From assembly GCA_965207545.1 (NCBI GenBank), contig CBDBMS010000003.1, positions 525,433 through 589,432 of the forward strand: DNA of 64,000 bases, read 5' to 3'. Below the pieces are notes generated by a model. That model made no database searches. It had not been told where the DNA came from and saw only the letters and a list, made by a program, of their open reading frames with translations. The position numbers and the translations under genes were made by a program. Shown here in pieces: positions 38,846-49,537 of this stretch. Positions within the stretch are counted from its first letter, which is position 1. Every line of letters starts with the position of its first letter. The stretch comes from Gammaproteobacteria bacterium. GTDB lineage: Bacteria; Pseudomonadota; Gammaproteobacteria; Tethybacterales; CBDBMS01.

Positions 38846-39123
38846 TCGTAGTATGCAGACCGGTGGTGACTGGTAATTGGAATCAGTGCCAGATAGCGTG
38901 CGCGCTTGACTGCACGCGTGAGTTGTCTCTGGTACTTTGCCGACACGCCGGACAGGCGCGAAGGCATGATCTTTCCGTTTTCGCGAATGTAGTTCTTGAG
39001 CAGGGCGATGTCCTTGTAGTCAATCTCCTCAGTGCCAGCCTGGGCAAAAGGGCATACCGACTTTTGCCGATAGAGCATCTTTTTCTTCAGGTGCTTCTTG
39101 CGGCCGAATCCTTTCTTTCTCAT
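38842..39123 (-). CDS. rpsR: 30S ribosomal protein S18
   Basis: [50 protein letters not shown] is canonical S18. It has ATGA overlaps with both rpsF and rplI. Confidence 0.95.
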   Translation of the reverse strand: MRKKGFGRKKHLKKKMLYRQKSVCPFAQAGTEEIDYKDIALLKNYIRENGKIMPSRLSGVSAKYQRQLTRAVKRARYLALIPITSHHRSAYYE

Positions 39124-39488
39124 GGCGTAGCCGTCTCCTTAGCCTGTGCCATCTCGTGTTTGGCTTGAAGGCTGCTCTTCATTACGCTGTCACCAGTTTC
39201 CTTGCGTTTCCGTTTCAAGACTAGCGTACGGAGGATCGCGTCATTGAACTTGAATGACTCCTCAAGTTTCGCAAGACTGCTGGTGTCACATTCAAGGTTC
39301 ATCAGGACGTAGTGAGCCTTGTACAGCTTCTTCTGCAACGGGTAGGCCAAAGGCATGCGCCCCCAGTTCTCAATACGATGGACCTGTCCGCCATTCTCAA
39401 TGACGATTGACTTGTAGCGTTCGGTCATCTCGCTGACCTGATCACTCTGATCAGGATGTATGACCGCAACAATTTCGTAGTGTTGCAA
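39120..39488 (-). CDS. rpsF: 30S ribosomal protein S6
   Basis: (L/M)[17 protein letters not shown] matches the S6 N-terminus. The start is set at the TTG at 39488, which is preceded by GAAGGA 6 nt upstream. The ORF-track start at 39536 is also TTG and adds 16 non-homologous residues. Confidence 0.85.
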   Translation of the reverse strand: MQHYEIVAVIHPDQSDQVSEMTERYKSIVIENGGQVHRIENWGRMPLAYPLQKKLYKAHYVLMNLECDTSSLAKLEESFKFNDAILRTLVLKRKRKETGDSVMKSSLQAKHEMAQAKETATP

Positions 39489-39698
39489 GGAGATTCCTTC
39501 TGGTCTAAATGGGTCCCGCAAAATGATGCGGAACAAGGATTGGACTGGATTATATCATCAGCGGGCCGGTTTCGACCTTCACCGGCACAAGAACCGTCCG
39601 ATTCAGGGTTCACGCGGCCAAGTTTGCATTGGTTACAGCACATACCGTTTCCCACCTACATGCTGCTGATAGAATCAGGTCAATTCGAAAGCACTCCC

Positions 39699-41090
39699 AT
39701 GTCAATTACTGAAAAGATCAGCGCCCTGCTCAAGCAAATGCCTGAATTGGCTGATCTAGCGCAGGATGGCAAGATGGGTTCCGCAGAGCGGAAAAGCGAA
39801 CCAGCCCGAAAACTGAAGGAGATGCTTGCGGATCTTCATTCCGCGGACATAGCCGACCTGCTAGAGAGTATTCCGTTCGGGCAACGTGTCCTTGTCTGGG
39901 CTCTGCTGCCTAAGGGCAGGTACGGAAAGGTGCTGATGGAGGTCAGCGAGAGTGTTCTGGAAATGCTGGCATCCGAAATGGGCGAAAGTGATTTGGCAGG
40001 AGCTCTCAAGGGTCTGGATGTTTCCGATGTCGCCTACATCCTACGCCGACTTCCTGACGACGAGCGGGCACGCTTGATGCGTCTGGCTGACCTGACTGAA
40101 GATAAGGATCTGCGTGCATCCCTCTCGTTCGGTGAAGATACGGTGGGCGAAGTCATGGACTTCAACCCGGTCATCTTTCATGAGGGGAAGATGGCGGGGC
40201 AGATCATTTCCAGACTCAGGAAGATGGGGGAACTTCCAAGCCATTGCGATAAGCTGTTCATCATTGGCGATAGGGGGCGACTAGCCGGAGTTCTGCCCTT
40301 GAAGAGGCTTCTTATCAGCCCCAAGGAAAGCCAGATGTCCGAGGTCATGGTGAAGCAGAACATATATTCGTTCAGGGCAACAGACTCCATAGAGTACGTC
40401 GCCAGCGCCTTTGAGAAGTATGATCTTGTATCCGCCCCGGTCGTCAATAGTCTGCAACAGGTCGTGGGCCGTATCACCATTGACGAGATCGTCACCTATC
40501 TGGAGGAGCAACGTAACAAGGGCATGATGATCAGCACCGGCATCAGCGAAGAGGAGGATCTGTTTGCGCCCATTTTCAGACGCTTCCGCAACCGCTGGGT
40601 GTGGCTGATCGTCAACATGGTTGCCGCATTTGCAGTCTCCCGCATGGTTGGCCTGTTCGAGGACACCATAGAGAGGCTGGTGGCGCTGGCAGCCCTGATG
40701 CCCATCATAGCCAGTCTTAGTGGCAACGCCGGGATCCAGACTGCGACGCTAATGGTCAGGGCGCTTGCACTAGAGCACGTCAACAAAGGAGCCTTGGCGA
40801 TCATGCTCTTCAACGAGCTCCGGCTCAGCACACTCAACGGAGTTGTGGGAGGCCTGCTGGCGGCAGGCTTTGGCTACCTGTTCTATCAGAGCATTGCGCT
40901 TTGTACGATACTGTTCGCATCCATGGTGAGCGCATTCATGATTGCCGCACTGGCCGGCTTCGCTATACCGATCGTAATGGATGCAATCGGCAAGGATCCC
41001 GCCCTTGGCTCGTCGGTAGTGTTGACCGTGATCACCGACTGTGCAAGTTTCTTTGTCTTTCTTGGCCTCGGCGCGATATTCCTAACCTGA
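39699..41090 (+). CDS. mgtE: magnesium transporter MgtE
   Basis: It has an MgtE N-domain (LHSADIADLLESIP), a CBS pair and a 5-TM C-terminal domain. The start is set at the ATG at 39699 (MSITEK), with 39660 as an alternative. The ORF-track start at 39456 overlaps rpsF. Confidence 0.85.
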   Translation: MSITEKISALLKQMPELADLAQDGKMGSAERKSEPARKLKEMLADLHSADIADLLESIPFGQRVLVWALLPKGRYGKVLMEVSESVLEMLASEMGESDLAGALKGLDVSDVAYILRRLPDDERARLMRLADLTEDKDLRASLSFGEDTVGEVMDFNPVIFHEGKMAGQIISRLRKMGELPSHCDKLFIIGDRGRLAGVLPLKRLLISPKESQMSEVMVKQNIYSFRATDSIEYVASAFEKYDLVSAPVVNSLQQVVGRITIDEIVTYLEEQRNKGMMISTGISEEEDLFAPIFRRFRNRWVWLIVNMVAAFAVSRMVGLFEDTIERLVALAALMPIIASLSGNAGIQTATLMVRALALEHVNKGALAIMLFNELRLSTLNGVVGGLLAAGFGYLFYQSIALCTILFASMVSAFMIAALAGFAIPIVMDAIGKDPALGSSVVLTVITDCASFFVFLGLGAIFLT

Positions 41091-41118
41091 ATCGCAGTTT
41101 CCAAACCGGAAGCGGCCG

Positions 41119-41991
41119 CTAGATGGAATCGTCGATGCTCTGTTGTTGCAAATACCTCCTACGAAGATCCTCCATCTTGTCCAGTTTGGACTGAAAGTCG
41201 GCTTTCTCCCTGATCTTCCCACTCTTCACCATCTTGTCCAGCACTTCCGCTAGCCGCTCGTAAAGAAACGTAAACTCGTGATCGTCGGTGATTTCTCCGC
41301 TATCAAGAAGGTTCTCAATCAGTTTAATGGAAGTGTCGTACTCCGTAAGTTCCGCCCGGTAGAAAATCTCTATCTGACGTGCCCAGTCGGGAACTGTCAG
41401 AGGGTCTGTCTTATCGTGCAAATCCTTGGCATACTTGGCTGCAAGCTCCAGATCCTCCAAATCCTCCTTGGTGAGAACCGCTGCATGGGCGAGCCATCTC
41501 CATCTTTCGTTGGGTTTTTTGAGAAAGGCCTCATGTACAAACGTAAACATTATTCTTTTCTTGTCCTTCTGCCTTACCCCGCTGTAGACGCGAGCTGCAC
41601 TCATCAGCGGATATCCGGAATGCGGGTTTAGTTCAAGAATCGTTTCCAGCCAGCTTCGAATCTTCCGGTAGTCGAGCTGAGCGTAGGGCAGACTAATGCC
41701 AGGTTGGTTGTCAAATGCCTGGAGACGAAACATAAGAATACGCGACAAGGCTAATGGCGCACCGAATGAGATTCCTTTTAGAAAGTTGATTGAAGGCGGA
41801 TCCTGCAAATCCTCGGCAATCGCAGTGGGCCTCTCGATCACCTTCAGGTTCAGGAAGACCTGCAACGCAAAGCTGACAAACATCAGTGCCCACAAAAACA
41901 GCGGAACAACCGAGAGGGGCTGATACTCCTCTTCGACAATCAGCCGGAAACGGAAGCGAGGCGTCGGTTTCCCAGCAGAGTTTCTCTTCAA
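41119..41991 (-). CDS. hypothetical membrane-anchored protein (basic N-terminus, one TM, helical/acidic extracytoplasmic part)
   Basis: 290 aa. The TTG start overlaps the stop of the upstream permease-like gene (TTGA) and is preceded by AGAGGAAGA. The TM segment is LSVVPLFLWALMFVSFALQVFL. I recognise no family. Confidence 0.55.
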   Translation of the reverse strand: MKRNSAGKPTPRFRFRLIVEEEYQPLSVVPLFLWALMFVSFALQVFLNLKVIERPTAIAEDLQDPPSINFLKGISFGAPLALSRILMFRLQAFDNQPGISLPYAQLDYRKIRSWLETILELNPHSGYPLMSAARVYSGVRQKDKKRIMFTFVHEAFLKKPNERWRWLAHAAVLTKEDLEDLELAAKYAKDLHDKTDPLTVPDWARQIEIFYRAELTEYDTSIKLIENLLDSGEITDDHEFTFLYERLAEVLDKMVKSGKIREKADFQSKLDKMEDLRRRYLQQQSIDDSI

Positions 41992-42770
41992 AGGTTCTTC
42001 CTCTTGAAATCAAACATGGCTAGTGATCCGATCAGAAGAACATATGCGGCCGACTGGAGAACCACTAGGCTAAAGCTGTGGATGGTGGGAAGCTCAATGA
42101 CCAGCCATTCCGCACGGGTGAAACGGTCCAGGTTGGGAAGGACCAGAACCAGCACGTCAATGGTGTACTCGAACAGCAGATTGCCAAGGCTGGTTGCAAG
42201 CAAAGCCGATTCGCTAATCAACTCTATTGTGTCAAGCGAGCGGGTGAGCAGGTAGAAAAAGAAGGCCACGCTAAAAGCTGGAGGAATCTGCTGGTTAAAC
42301 GTGAGAACGCAGAAAAAACTGACAAGCGCCATGATGAGCAGTTCCAGCCAGAGGGAAAAACTCCACAGTGCAACGTTTTCAATGTTCCCGTACAGAAGCA
42401 ACACACTGCCAAACATCGCCGCAAGGAACAGCCCGCACAAGGCAAAGCCGCAGGAACGGCCGATGAAATAGGAAAGCCGGGTGATGGGAAGGGAAAGGAA
42501 AATGTCCATGCACTTGTCGTTGAATTCCCGGACTATCGTCGATATCACGAAGATCATCATCACAAACACTGCGGAAAACCTGTAGGTCTCAGCAAGAAGG
42601 GTTAGCTGGATTTCCTCACCTTCCATGACAGCAACCTCAGTGATGAAAGCGCCTAGCCCAAGACCCGACACGGCGATGGCCACCGCAATCCAGATGATAC
42701 GGTTCTTGATCGCTTCCCGAAACGTGAACTGGGAGAATGTCGCTACGTGAGCTAAAAATCTGTTTGACAC
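41988..42770 (-). CDS. ABC-2/NosY-like six-TM permease-like protein (no cognate ATPase adjacent)
   Basis: 260 aa with about 6 predicted TM helices. The N-terminus FTFREAIKNRIIWIAV resembles ABC-2 type permeases (COG1277-like). This assignment is from memory only. Confidence 0.5.
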   Translation of the reverse strand: MSNRFLAHVATFSQFTFREAIKNRIIWIAVAIAVSGLGLGAFITEVAVMEGEEIQLTLLAETYRFSAVFVMMIFVISTIVREFNDKCMDIFLSLPITRLSYFIGRSCGFALCGLFLAAMFGSVLLLYGNIENVALWSFSLWLELLIMALVSFFCVLTFNQQIPPAFSVAFFFYLLTRSLDTIELISESALLATSLGNLLFEYTIDVLVLVLPNLDRFTRAEWLVIELPTIHSFSLVVLQSAAYVLLIGSLAMFDFKRKNL

Positions 42771-42870
42771 CTTGGTATTCCCTGCTTACCCGATCCGTAT
42801 AATATTACCATATGGACCGGAATTCAAACTTTCTCGGTCAAGGCATTTTGTACTACACTAGGTTGTCGCC

Positions 42871-44586
42871 TTGAAACCCCTGCTCAACGTATTCGGTGCA
42901 CTTCTGAAGCCGGCGATGCTTGCCACGCTGGGGGTGTCCCTGATCCCCTTCGAACCGGTTGTGCAAGCCACACTCTGGACGTTTCACTTGGCCTGCGCAT
43001 TTCTTCTTTATTCGGACTGGACCGCCTCCATGGCGACAAACAGAACAAAAGGCTTTCTTGTACGTACGGCCGGTCTGGCTTTGCTAACGGCGATCACACT
43101 GCTTTTGCCATGGGGCAAAGTAATCTGGACATGCCTGCTATCGGGTCTGGTATTCAGCAGGCTATTGTTCTCCGAGAGGACGATTGACTTTATTTCTGAA
43201 TTTTTCTCCTTGATTTTCATAGCAATGCTGACACTTCTTGTTATCATACCTGAACTTTACATGGATGGCTTCAGCATAACAATCCACCGTGAGTTCGCTC
43301 GAATCCCGTCCATTGCCATAGGATTCTTCATATTGGCGGTGGAGTTGGTCATCGCATTCAGAGGCCAGCCTCTCAGCCAGGACAGCGATTATGTTTCCAC
43401 GCTTCTGTTCGCACTCATCATGGGCTTTTTGTTGCTTTTTGCCGTGGTGATCGAAAGCACCACCGAACTGTCGTTCCCTGTCAGCATTGCAACCACCCTA
43501 GGCATCGGGATCGGCTTCACAGCCTGCATCACCCTTGCTTGGGCGCCATTTTCCAAATGGGGTCTTGGAACCGTCATCGCCAGGCATCTGTTCCCGACCA
43601 ATGTTTCCCTAGAGAAATGGGCACAAAGAATGTCGAATCTCGCGATGGTGGCGGAAGATGCAGATCAGTTCCTGGCTTCCGCCACCTCGGAGCTTCGCTC
43701 AGTGGCCGGCCTCGAACGGATTGAGTGGAGGATCGGCAAGTCCTCGTCCAGCACGGAGGGAAGCCGAACCAGGCATAGGATGTCCCACGAACTTTCCCCG
43801 CTAGTGTTCACGCTTTATTCGAGGCGGTATACCTCGCACATCAGGGCTCTGGTGAACTACTTCAGGCTCGAGGTTCTTGTCCATTTCTATTCCTCCAAGC
43901 TTAGGGAGGTGCGCTATGCCAAGGAGCAAGGCTCGCTCATCATACGGGAAACCGGCCTGAGGCTTTCCCATGACATCAAGAACATCCTACATTCCATTAA
44001 GGCGATAGGAGGTCTCAGTGGAACTGCCAGTGATGAGAAGATCGCTTCACTGGCGAGGAACCAGCTTCCGGAAATCGGTCGCAGGCTCGAAGATGCGCTA
44101 AAGACGATTGATCAGCCGGAACTGGAGAAGGCACGCGCAACCCAAAGAATATCAGCGCTGCTTTGGTGGGGGCGAACCACCAAGCGCTTTGAGCACATCA
44201 TTGATCATCTGGAGCTTGACGACGGCATTGATGAAAGGGACATGGTGCCAGCTAGGCTTTACGACAGGGCTGCAGAGAACTTCGTGTCCAATGCGCTTAA
44301 GAAGAAAGAGACCGAACATGGGCTGAAAATCACGATTGCTCTTCATCGGCTCGCTTCAGGCGGCATTGGGCTTTCCGTGACAGATACGGGAACCGGCATT
44401 GGCGGCAAGTTGGCCACCCGTCTTTTTCATGCGAAAACGAAATCCTTCAACGGGGCCGGCATTGGACTGTTCGACCTTCATGGAGAGGCATGCGAGGAAA
44501 GGCACGAAGTGGCGCTGGACGAGAACTGCCAAGGGAAAGTGCGCTTCTCGATACGCCCGCAAGAAAGGCTAGGGCAGGAAGCCTAG
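42871..44586 (+). CDS. polytopic (about 8 TM) sensor histidine kinase, orphan
   Basis: 571 aa with a TTG start. H-box [18 protein letters not shown]-box [12 protein letters not shown]1 [10 protein letters not shown]2 GAGIGLF. The hydrophobic N-terminal ~240 aa contain about 8 helices. No receiver-domain gene is present in the window. Confidence 0.75.
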   Translation: MKPLLNVFGALLKPAMLATLGVSLIPFEPVVQATLWTFHLACAFLLYSDWTASMATNRTKGFLVRTAGLALLTAITLLLPWGKVIWTCLLSGLVFSRLLFSERTIDFISEFFSLIFIAMLTLLVIIPELYMDGFSITIHREFARIPSIAIGFFILAVELVIAFRGQPLSQDSDYVSTLLFALIMGFLLLFAVVIESTTELSFPVSIATTLGIGIGFTACITLAWAPFSKWGLGTVIARHLFPTNVSLEKWAQRMSNLAMVAEDADQFLASATSELRSVAGLERIEWRIGKSSSSTEGSRTRHRMSHELSPLVFTLYSRRYTSHIRALVNYFRLEVLVHFYSSKLREVRYAKEQGSLIIRETGLRLSHDIKNILHSIKAIGGLSGTASDEKIASLARNQLPEIGRRLEDALKTIDQPELEKARATQRISALLWWGRTTKRFEHIIDHLELDDGIDERDMVPARLYDRAAENFVSNALKKKETEHGLKITIALHRLASGGIGLSVTDTGTGIGGKLATRLFHAKTKSFNGAGIGLFDLHGEACEERHEVALDENCQGKVRFSIRPQERLGQEA

Positions 44587-44599
44587 CAAAGGCTGTTCA

Positions 44600-46633
44600 A
44601 TGGGCATGACGCGTCGGAAGATAGAGGAAGGGAGAAGCTACCGCATCACAAGTGACTTTAAGCCAGCAGGCGATCAGCCACAGGCGATCGAGAAACTTGT
44701 AGGAGGCGTGGAGAATGGCGAACAGTTCCAATCGCTGCTGGGGGTGACTGGATCGGGAAAGACCTTTACCATGGCCAATGTCATTGAGCGGACGGGACGT
44801 CCAGCCATTGTCATGGCACACAACAAGACGCTTGCTGCACAGCTGTATTCGGAGTTCAGGGATTTCTTCACCGACAATGCAGTCGAGTACTTCGTTTCGT
44901 ACTACGACTATTATCAGCCTGAAGCCTATGTGCCTTCAAGGGATCTCTACATAGAGAAGGATTCAAGCATCAACGAGCACATCGACCAGATGCGGCTCTC
45001 GGCAACAAAGTCGATACTGGAGCGAAGGGACTGTGTAATTGTTGCAACCGTGTCCGCAATATACGGCATTGGGGATCCGAAGGACTACCACCAAATGGTT
45101 CTGCACATCCGCCAGGGCGACCGCATCAGCAGGGATGAGACTATCAAGCGGCTGACTGCCATGCAGTATGAGCGCGACACCTTGGACTTCAAGAGGGGCA
45201 CGTTCCGGGTGAGAGGTGATGTGATCGACATCTTTCCCTCCGAGCATGCGGAAATGGCTGTCCGGATCGACCTCTTCGACGACGAGGTGGAGACGCTTCA
45301 CCTGTTTGATCCGCTAACCGGCGAGGTGCGGCGTAGGATGGCCCGCTTCACGATCTTCCCGTCCTCACACTATGTCGTGACACGCGACACAATGCTTCAT
45401 GCAATAGAGACCATCAAGACAGAACTGACGGAAAGGCTGGATGAGCTGCACAGTCAGAACCGGATAGTCGAGGCGCAGCGACTTGAGCAAAGAACACGCT
45501 ATGACCTGGAAATGATGATCGAGATAGGGTACTGCAAGGGAATCGAGAATTATTCCCGCCACCTGTCACGCAGACAGCCCGGCGAACCTCCGCCTTGCCT
45601 TTTGAACTACCTTTCGGATGACGCCATCATGTTTGTGGACGAAAGTCACGTGACACTCCCGCAAATTAGGGGAATGTACGAAGGGGACCGTTCCCGCAAG
45701 CTCAACCTGGTCGAGTACGGTTTCCGGCTTCCATCAGCCATGGACAACCGGCCGCTTAGGTTCGAGGAGTTCAGCGAGCTTGCCCCGCAGATCATCTGCG
45801 TCTCGGCCACGCCCGCAGCCTACGAACGGGAGAAGTCGACCCGGGTTGTGGAGCAAATAGCGCGGCCAACCGGGCTAGTGGATCCTGAAGTCGAGGTGCA
45901 GCCAGCTTCGACACAGATCGATTCTCTGCTCTCGGAAATCAACAGGCGTGTTGCCAAGTCGGAGAGAGTGCTCGTCACCACGCTGACAAAGCGGATGGCG
46001 GAAAAACTGACGGAATTCCTCTCTGAAAACGGAATTAAAGTCCGCTATCTCCATTCGGATATCGACACCGTGGAGCGTGTTGAAATCATCCGCGATCTCC
46101 GCATGGGAGAGTTTGACGTTCTTGTCGGCATCAATCTGCTCCGCGAAGGACTCGACATACCGGAAGTGTCGCTTGTTGCCATTCTGGATGCGGACAAGGA
46201 AGGGTTTCTCAGGTCAGCTCAGTCCCTGATTCAAACGATTGGCCGGACCGCCCGGCATCTTTCAGGCAGGGCAATACTTTATGCGGACAAGATGACAGGT
46301 GCAATGAAGCAGGCGATTGAGGAGACCGAGCGCCGCAGAGAAAAGCAGAAGCGGCACAACGCCCTCACGGGCGTGGAGCCGCAAAGCATTGTCAAGCCGG
46401 TCAAGGAACTGATTGACGGGGTTTATCAGGAGGAGGCGAAGTGCGACGGAAGGAAGCGCAAGAAAGACTATAACCGCATGGGGGAAAAGGAGCTGGGCGG
46501 CGAATTAAGGAACCTGGAGAAGAAAATGCTGGCACATGCACGTGATCTGGAATTTGAGAAGGCTGCAGACCTGCGCGACCAAATAAGAATCCTCCGCAGA
46601 ACATTGCGGCCTGCTGATGTGGCGGAAGCCTAG
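44600..46633 (+). CDS. uvrB: excinuclease ABC subunit B
   Basis: 677 aa with [11 protein letters not shown], Walker [11 protein letters not shown], the DExH box FVDESHVT and a C-terminal UVR motif ([13 protein letters not shown]). Confidence 0.95.
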   Translation: MGMTRRKIEEGRSYRITSDFKPAGDQPQAIEKLVGGVENGEQFQSLLGVTGSGKTFTMANVIERTGRPAIVMAHNKTLAAQLYSEFRDFFTDNAVEYFVSYYDYYQPEAYVPSRDLYIEKDSSINEHIDQMRLSATKSILERRDCVIVATVSAIYGIGDPKDYHQMVLHIRQGDRISRDETIKRLTAMQYERDTLDFKRGTFRVRGDVIDIFPSEHAEMAVRIDLFDDEVETLHLFDPLTGEVRRRMARFTIFPSSHYVVTRDTMLHAIETIKTELTERLDELHSQNRIVEAQRLEQRTRYDLEMMIEIGYCKGIENYSRHLSRRQPGEPPPCLLNYLSDDAIMFVDESHVTLPQIRGMYEGDRSRKLNLVEYGFRLPSAMDNRPLRFEEFSELAPQIICVSATPAAYEREKSTRVVEQIARPTGLVDPEVEVQPASTQIDSLLSEINRRVAKSERVLVTTLTKRMAEKLTEFLSENGIKVRYLHSDIDTVERVEIIRDLRMGEFDVLVGINLLREGLDIPEVSLVAILDADKEGFLRSAQSLIQTIGRTARHLSGRAILYADKMTGAMKQAIEETERRREKQKRHNALTGVEPQSIVKPVKELIDGVYQEEAKCDGRKRKKDYNRMGEKELGGELRNLEKKMLAHARDLEFEKAADLRDQIRILRRTLRPADVAEA

Positions 46634-47650
46634 TCAGTGGGTCTGGACAGCGGCATGTCTTTGCTCCGCATTGACCAGCCGGCGCACGAGATCCGGCCCC
46701 TGATAGATGAGTCCAGTATAGAGTTGGACGAGGTCAGCGCCGTTGTTCAGCCGGTCCATCGCATCTTCGGGCGTGGATATCCCTCCACAGGCAATCAATG
46801 CAATCTTGTCCGGTAGCGCCTTGCGAACTCTGGTCATAGCCTCCCTCGACAGTGGGGCCAGCGCACTGCCACTGAGCCCCCCCTGCTCATTGCTGTAAGG
46901 GATGCCTTCCATGTGCTTCGGACGCTGTAGGGTGGTGTTTGACACAATCACACCGTCAATCCCTGAATCCCCGATGATCCGGCAGGTCTCCTCCATCTCT
47001 CCATTCTTCCAGTCCGGCGACAACTTGACCATAATAGGCTTGTGTGCCGTCCCGTCAAGCAGACTGTCCCGCTCGGACAGTATCCGGGAAAGAAAAGCCG
47101 AAAGTGCCTTGCCGTACTGAAGATCCCGAAGTGATTCAGTGTTGGGTGAAGAGACATTTAGTGTGAAGTAGTCACCCTGGGAATGGAGTTTGCCAAGACA
47201 CTTCACATAATCCTCTGCAGCATCCTCAATCGGCGTGTCACGTCCCTTGCCGATGTTTATTCCGAGCACATAACCGTTGCGTCTAAGGTTGCGGATGTTT
47301 GCCAGCGCCTGTTCCATTCCCGGATTGTTAAAGCCAAGGCGGTTGATAAGGGATTCCTCGCGAGGAAGACGGAAGACCCTGGGCTTGTTGTTCCCTGACT
47401 GCGGTTCAGGGGTGATGGTTCCCACCTCAATAAAGCCAAAGCCCAGCCTTGCCATGATGTCTGCATGGGCGCCAGTCTTGTCAAACCCGGCGGCAAGCCC
47501 TATGCGGTTCGGGAATTCCATCCCCATGACGGTTGAAGGGGTCTTGCTACTCTCAGGCCGGCAGGGCGCAAGGGAGAGTGCATGAAGAGCCAGATCATGG
47601 GCGCACTCAGGCGGCAGCAGAAATAGAAGGCGCCGAAGGCTACGGTACAT
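46634..47650 (-). CDS. pyrD: dihydroorotate dehydrogenase (quinone), class 2
   Basis: 338 aa with GLAAGFDK, GFIEVGTITP and SSPNT. Its stop codon abuts the uvrB stop with a 0-nt gap. Confidence 0.9.
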   Translation of the reverse strand: MYRSLRRLLFLLPPECAHDLALHALSLAPCRPESSKTPSTVMGMEFPNRIGLAAGFDKTGAHADIMARLGFGFIEVGTITPEPQSGNNKPRVFRLPREESLINRLGFNNPGMEQALANIRNLRRNGYVLGINIGKGRDTPIEDAAEDYVKCLGKLHSQGDYFTLNVSSPNTESLRDLQYGKALSAFLSRILSERDSLLDGTAHKPIMVKLSPDWKNGEMEETCRIIGDSGIDGVIVSNTTLQRPKHMEGIPYSNEQGGLSGSALAPLSREAMTRVRKALPDKIALIACGGISTPEDAMDRLNNGADLVQLYTGLIYQGPDLVRRLVNAEQRHAAVQTH

Positions 47651-48734
47651 TGGTCACATGTCTGTGTTTCTCGACAACAACGAGAAAGGACTTGATCAGT
47701 GAAGCCAACGGAATCGCAAAGAACACTCCCCATATTCCCCAGAGATTACCGAAAAACACGATGGCAATCAGAATGCCTACAGGATGTATCTTGACCACCT
47801 CGGAAAAGAGAAGAGGCACCAGAAGCTGGCCATCGAAAATCTGGATCAGGAGATAGGCTATCATTACGTAGACAAACCCTTCGCTCCCTCCAAACTGGAG
47901 ATAGGCGACCGCAAGAACCGGAAAGGTGACAATGATGGCGCCAATAAAGGGGATTATGACGGAAAGGCCTACAAGCACGGCGAGCACCAAGGCGTACTCA
48001 AGCTCGTAATACGAGAATGCAGCCAGGCTGAGCGCTCCTATGATGCCGCCCTCGATGACCTTTCCGCGAATGTACGCGCCGAACTGCTCGTCAACGCTTG
48101 CGTACAGCTCGGAAAACACGCGGTTGTGCGGAACGTACTTGCGCATCCATGCCAGCAGGAGGTCCTTGTCCTTGAGAAGAAAAAAGACCAGCAGAGGCAT
48201 CAGAACGCCATAGACCAGCAATGTGAATATGTCGGAGGCGGAGGTGAGGGTCGTCTCCAGAAAGCTTTTGCCGAATATCGCCAGATAGTCTGTGACATTC
48301 TCACCGATCATCTCGCTGTCAATGGGATCGATAAAATCAGGAAGGTAGCGATTGATCTTGCCGATCAGGCCAGGCAGGGCGTCACCTGTCCGGGGAAGTT
48401 GTTGGAACAGCCCCGAGAGCTGAGTTCCGAGCCTAGGAAAGGCAATCAAAAGCAGAAGGGTCAGCAACAGCAGAAAGAGGCTGATCACCATGCTGACGGA
48501 AATTGTGCGTGGAATCTTCCGCCTTTCGAGCGACTGGACGGGCTTCTCAAGCAGATAGGCAAACAGCACGCCAACAAACAGAGGAGACAGGACTCCAAGA
48601 AGCAGGTAAAGAACTGCCAGCATCAGGGGTACCGTTACCAGCAAAACCGCAAGCTCCCGGTTTCTCATCAGGAGATTGAACCAGTTCCTGATCTCAGTCA
48701 ACATCCGACCACTTTCCGACATTCTCTGTTCCAA
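47640..48734 (-). CDS. AI-2E (PerM/YhhT) family transporter
   Basis: 364-aa polytopic protein with family-typical organisation and the C-terminal stretch FFGNLWGIWGVFFAIPL. The start is uncertain, with internal Ms at 48722 and 48704. Confidence 0.7.
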   Translation of the reverse strand: MEQRMSESGRMLTEIRNWFNLLMRNRELAVLLVTVPLMLAVLYLLLGVLSPLFVGVLFAYLLEKPVQSLERRKIPRTISVSMVISLFLLLLTLLLLIAFPRLGTQLSGLFQQLPRTGDALPGLIGKINRYLPDFIDPIDSEMIGENVTDYLAIFGKSFLETTLTSASDIFTLLVYGVLMPLLVFFLLKDKDLLLAWMRKYVPHNRVFSELYASVDEQFGAYIRGKVIEGGIIGALSLAAFSYYELEYALVLAVLVGLSVIIPFIGAIIVTFPVLAVAYLQFGGSEGFVYVMIAYLLIQIFDGQLLVPLLFSEVVKIHPVGILIAIVFFGNLWGIWGVFFAIPLASLIKSFLVVVEKHRHVTNVP

Positions 48735-49441
48735 GTGTCACTTGATCCAGATGCATCCCAGAATGAACTGTCAACCTTGGCATCCATACAGCGCTTGAGA
48801 AGCTGCATGAAAGAAGTGCGGGACATGTGTTCTCCTCCCAGCGATTCCAGATGGGATGATGGAACCTGGCAATCTATGGCAAGATAGCCGGCATTTGACA
48901 AAATGTCCGATAGGCGTGCAAAAGCGAACTTCGATGCGTTGGAAACGGTATGGAACATCGACTCACCGAAGAAGCATCCCTTGATGGCAACTCCGTACAA
49001 CCCTCCAACTAGCCTTCCATTCTGCCATGCCTCTGCGCTGTGCGCATATCCGAGACGGTGAAGACACAAATAGGCATTTCGCATTTCGGAAGTTATCCAT
49101 GTCCCGTCCTGCCCAGCCCGCCGTATCCGGGCACATTGATCAACCACGGTTCCAAAGCTGTAGTTGATGCGGAACTGGAAACTGTCTGTCTTGAGGGTTT
49201 GCCGCAATGACCTTGTTGTCCGATGACGTCCAGGGTACACAACCATCCTCGGATCCGGATGCCACCAGAGAATGGTGCTCTCCTCGTCAAACCAAGGAAA
49301 TATTCCCAATGAATAGGCTCTCAGCAGTGTTTGCGGAAGCAGGTCGCCGCCGGCGGCAAGCAGTCCGTTGGGATGATCCAGGGCGCTATCGACTAGCGGA
49401 AACCGGACATTCCCCGGAAATAGATATGGAACTGAACTCAT
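48698..49441 (-). CDS. aat: leucyl/phenylalanyl-tRNA--protein transferase
   Basis: 247 aa with GLLAAGGDL, AYSLGIFPWF, WWHPDPR and GESMFH, which are L/F-transferase signatures. Confidence 0.85.
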   Translation of the reverse strand: MSSVPYLFPGNVRFPLVDSALDHPNGLLAAGGDLLPQTLLRAYSLGIFPWFDEESTILWWHPDPRMVVYPGRHRTTRSLRQTLKTDSFQFRINYSFGTVVDQCARIRRAGQDGTWITSEMRNAYLCLHRLGYAHSAEAWQNGRLVGGLYGVAIKGCFFGESMFHTVSNASKFAFARLSDILSNAGYLAIDCQVPSSHLESLGGEHMSRTSFMQLLKRCMDAKVDSSFWDASGSSDTWNRECRKVVGC

Positions 49442-49537
49442 CGTTGCAACATTGTAATGCCTAGACTGGGATCAGGCGTAACTGGCAGGAACGCTATGCT
49501 GTAAAACGCCTGCGGTCCCTAGCGTCAATCCTCTATA

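Noticed and set aside
39537-39698. Possible Mg-sensing (M-box) or other riboswitch in the mgtE 5' region.
   Set aside because: I could not recognise M-box conserved segments by eye, and only a weak 5-bp hairpin is visible. A covariance-model scan is needed before any call.
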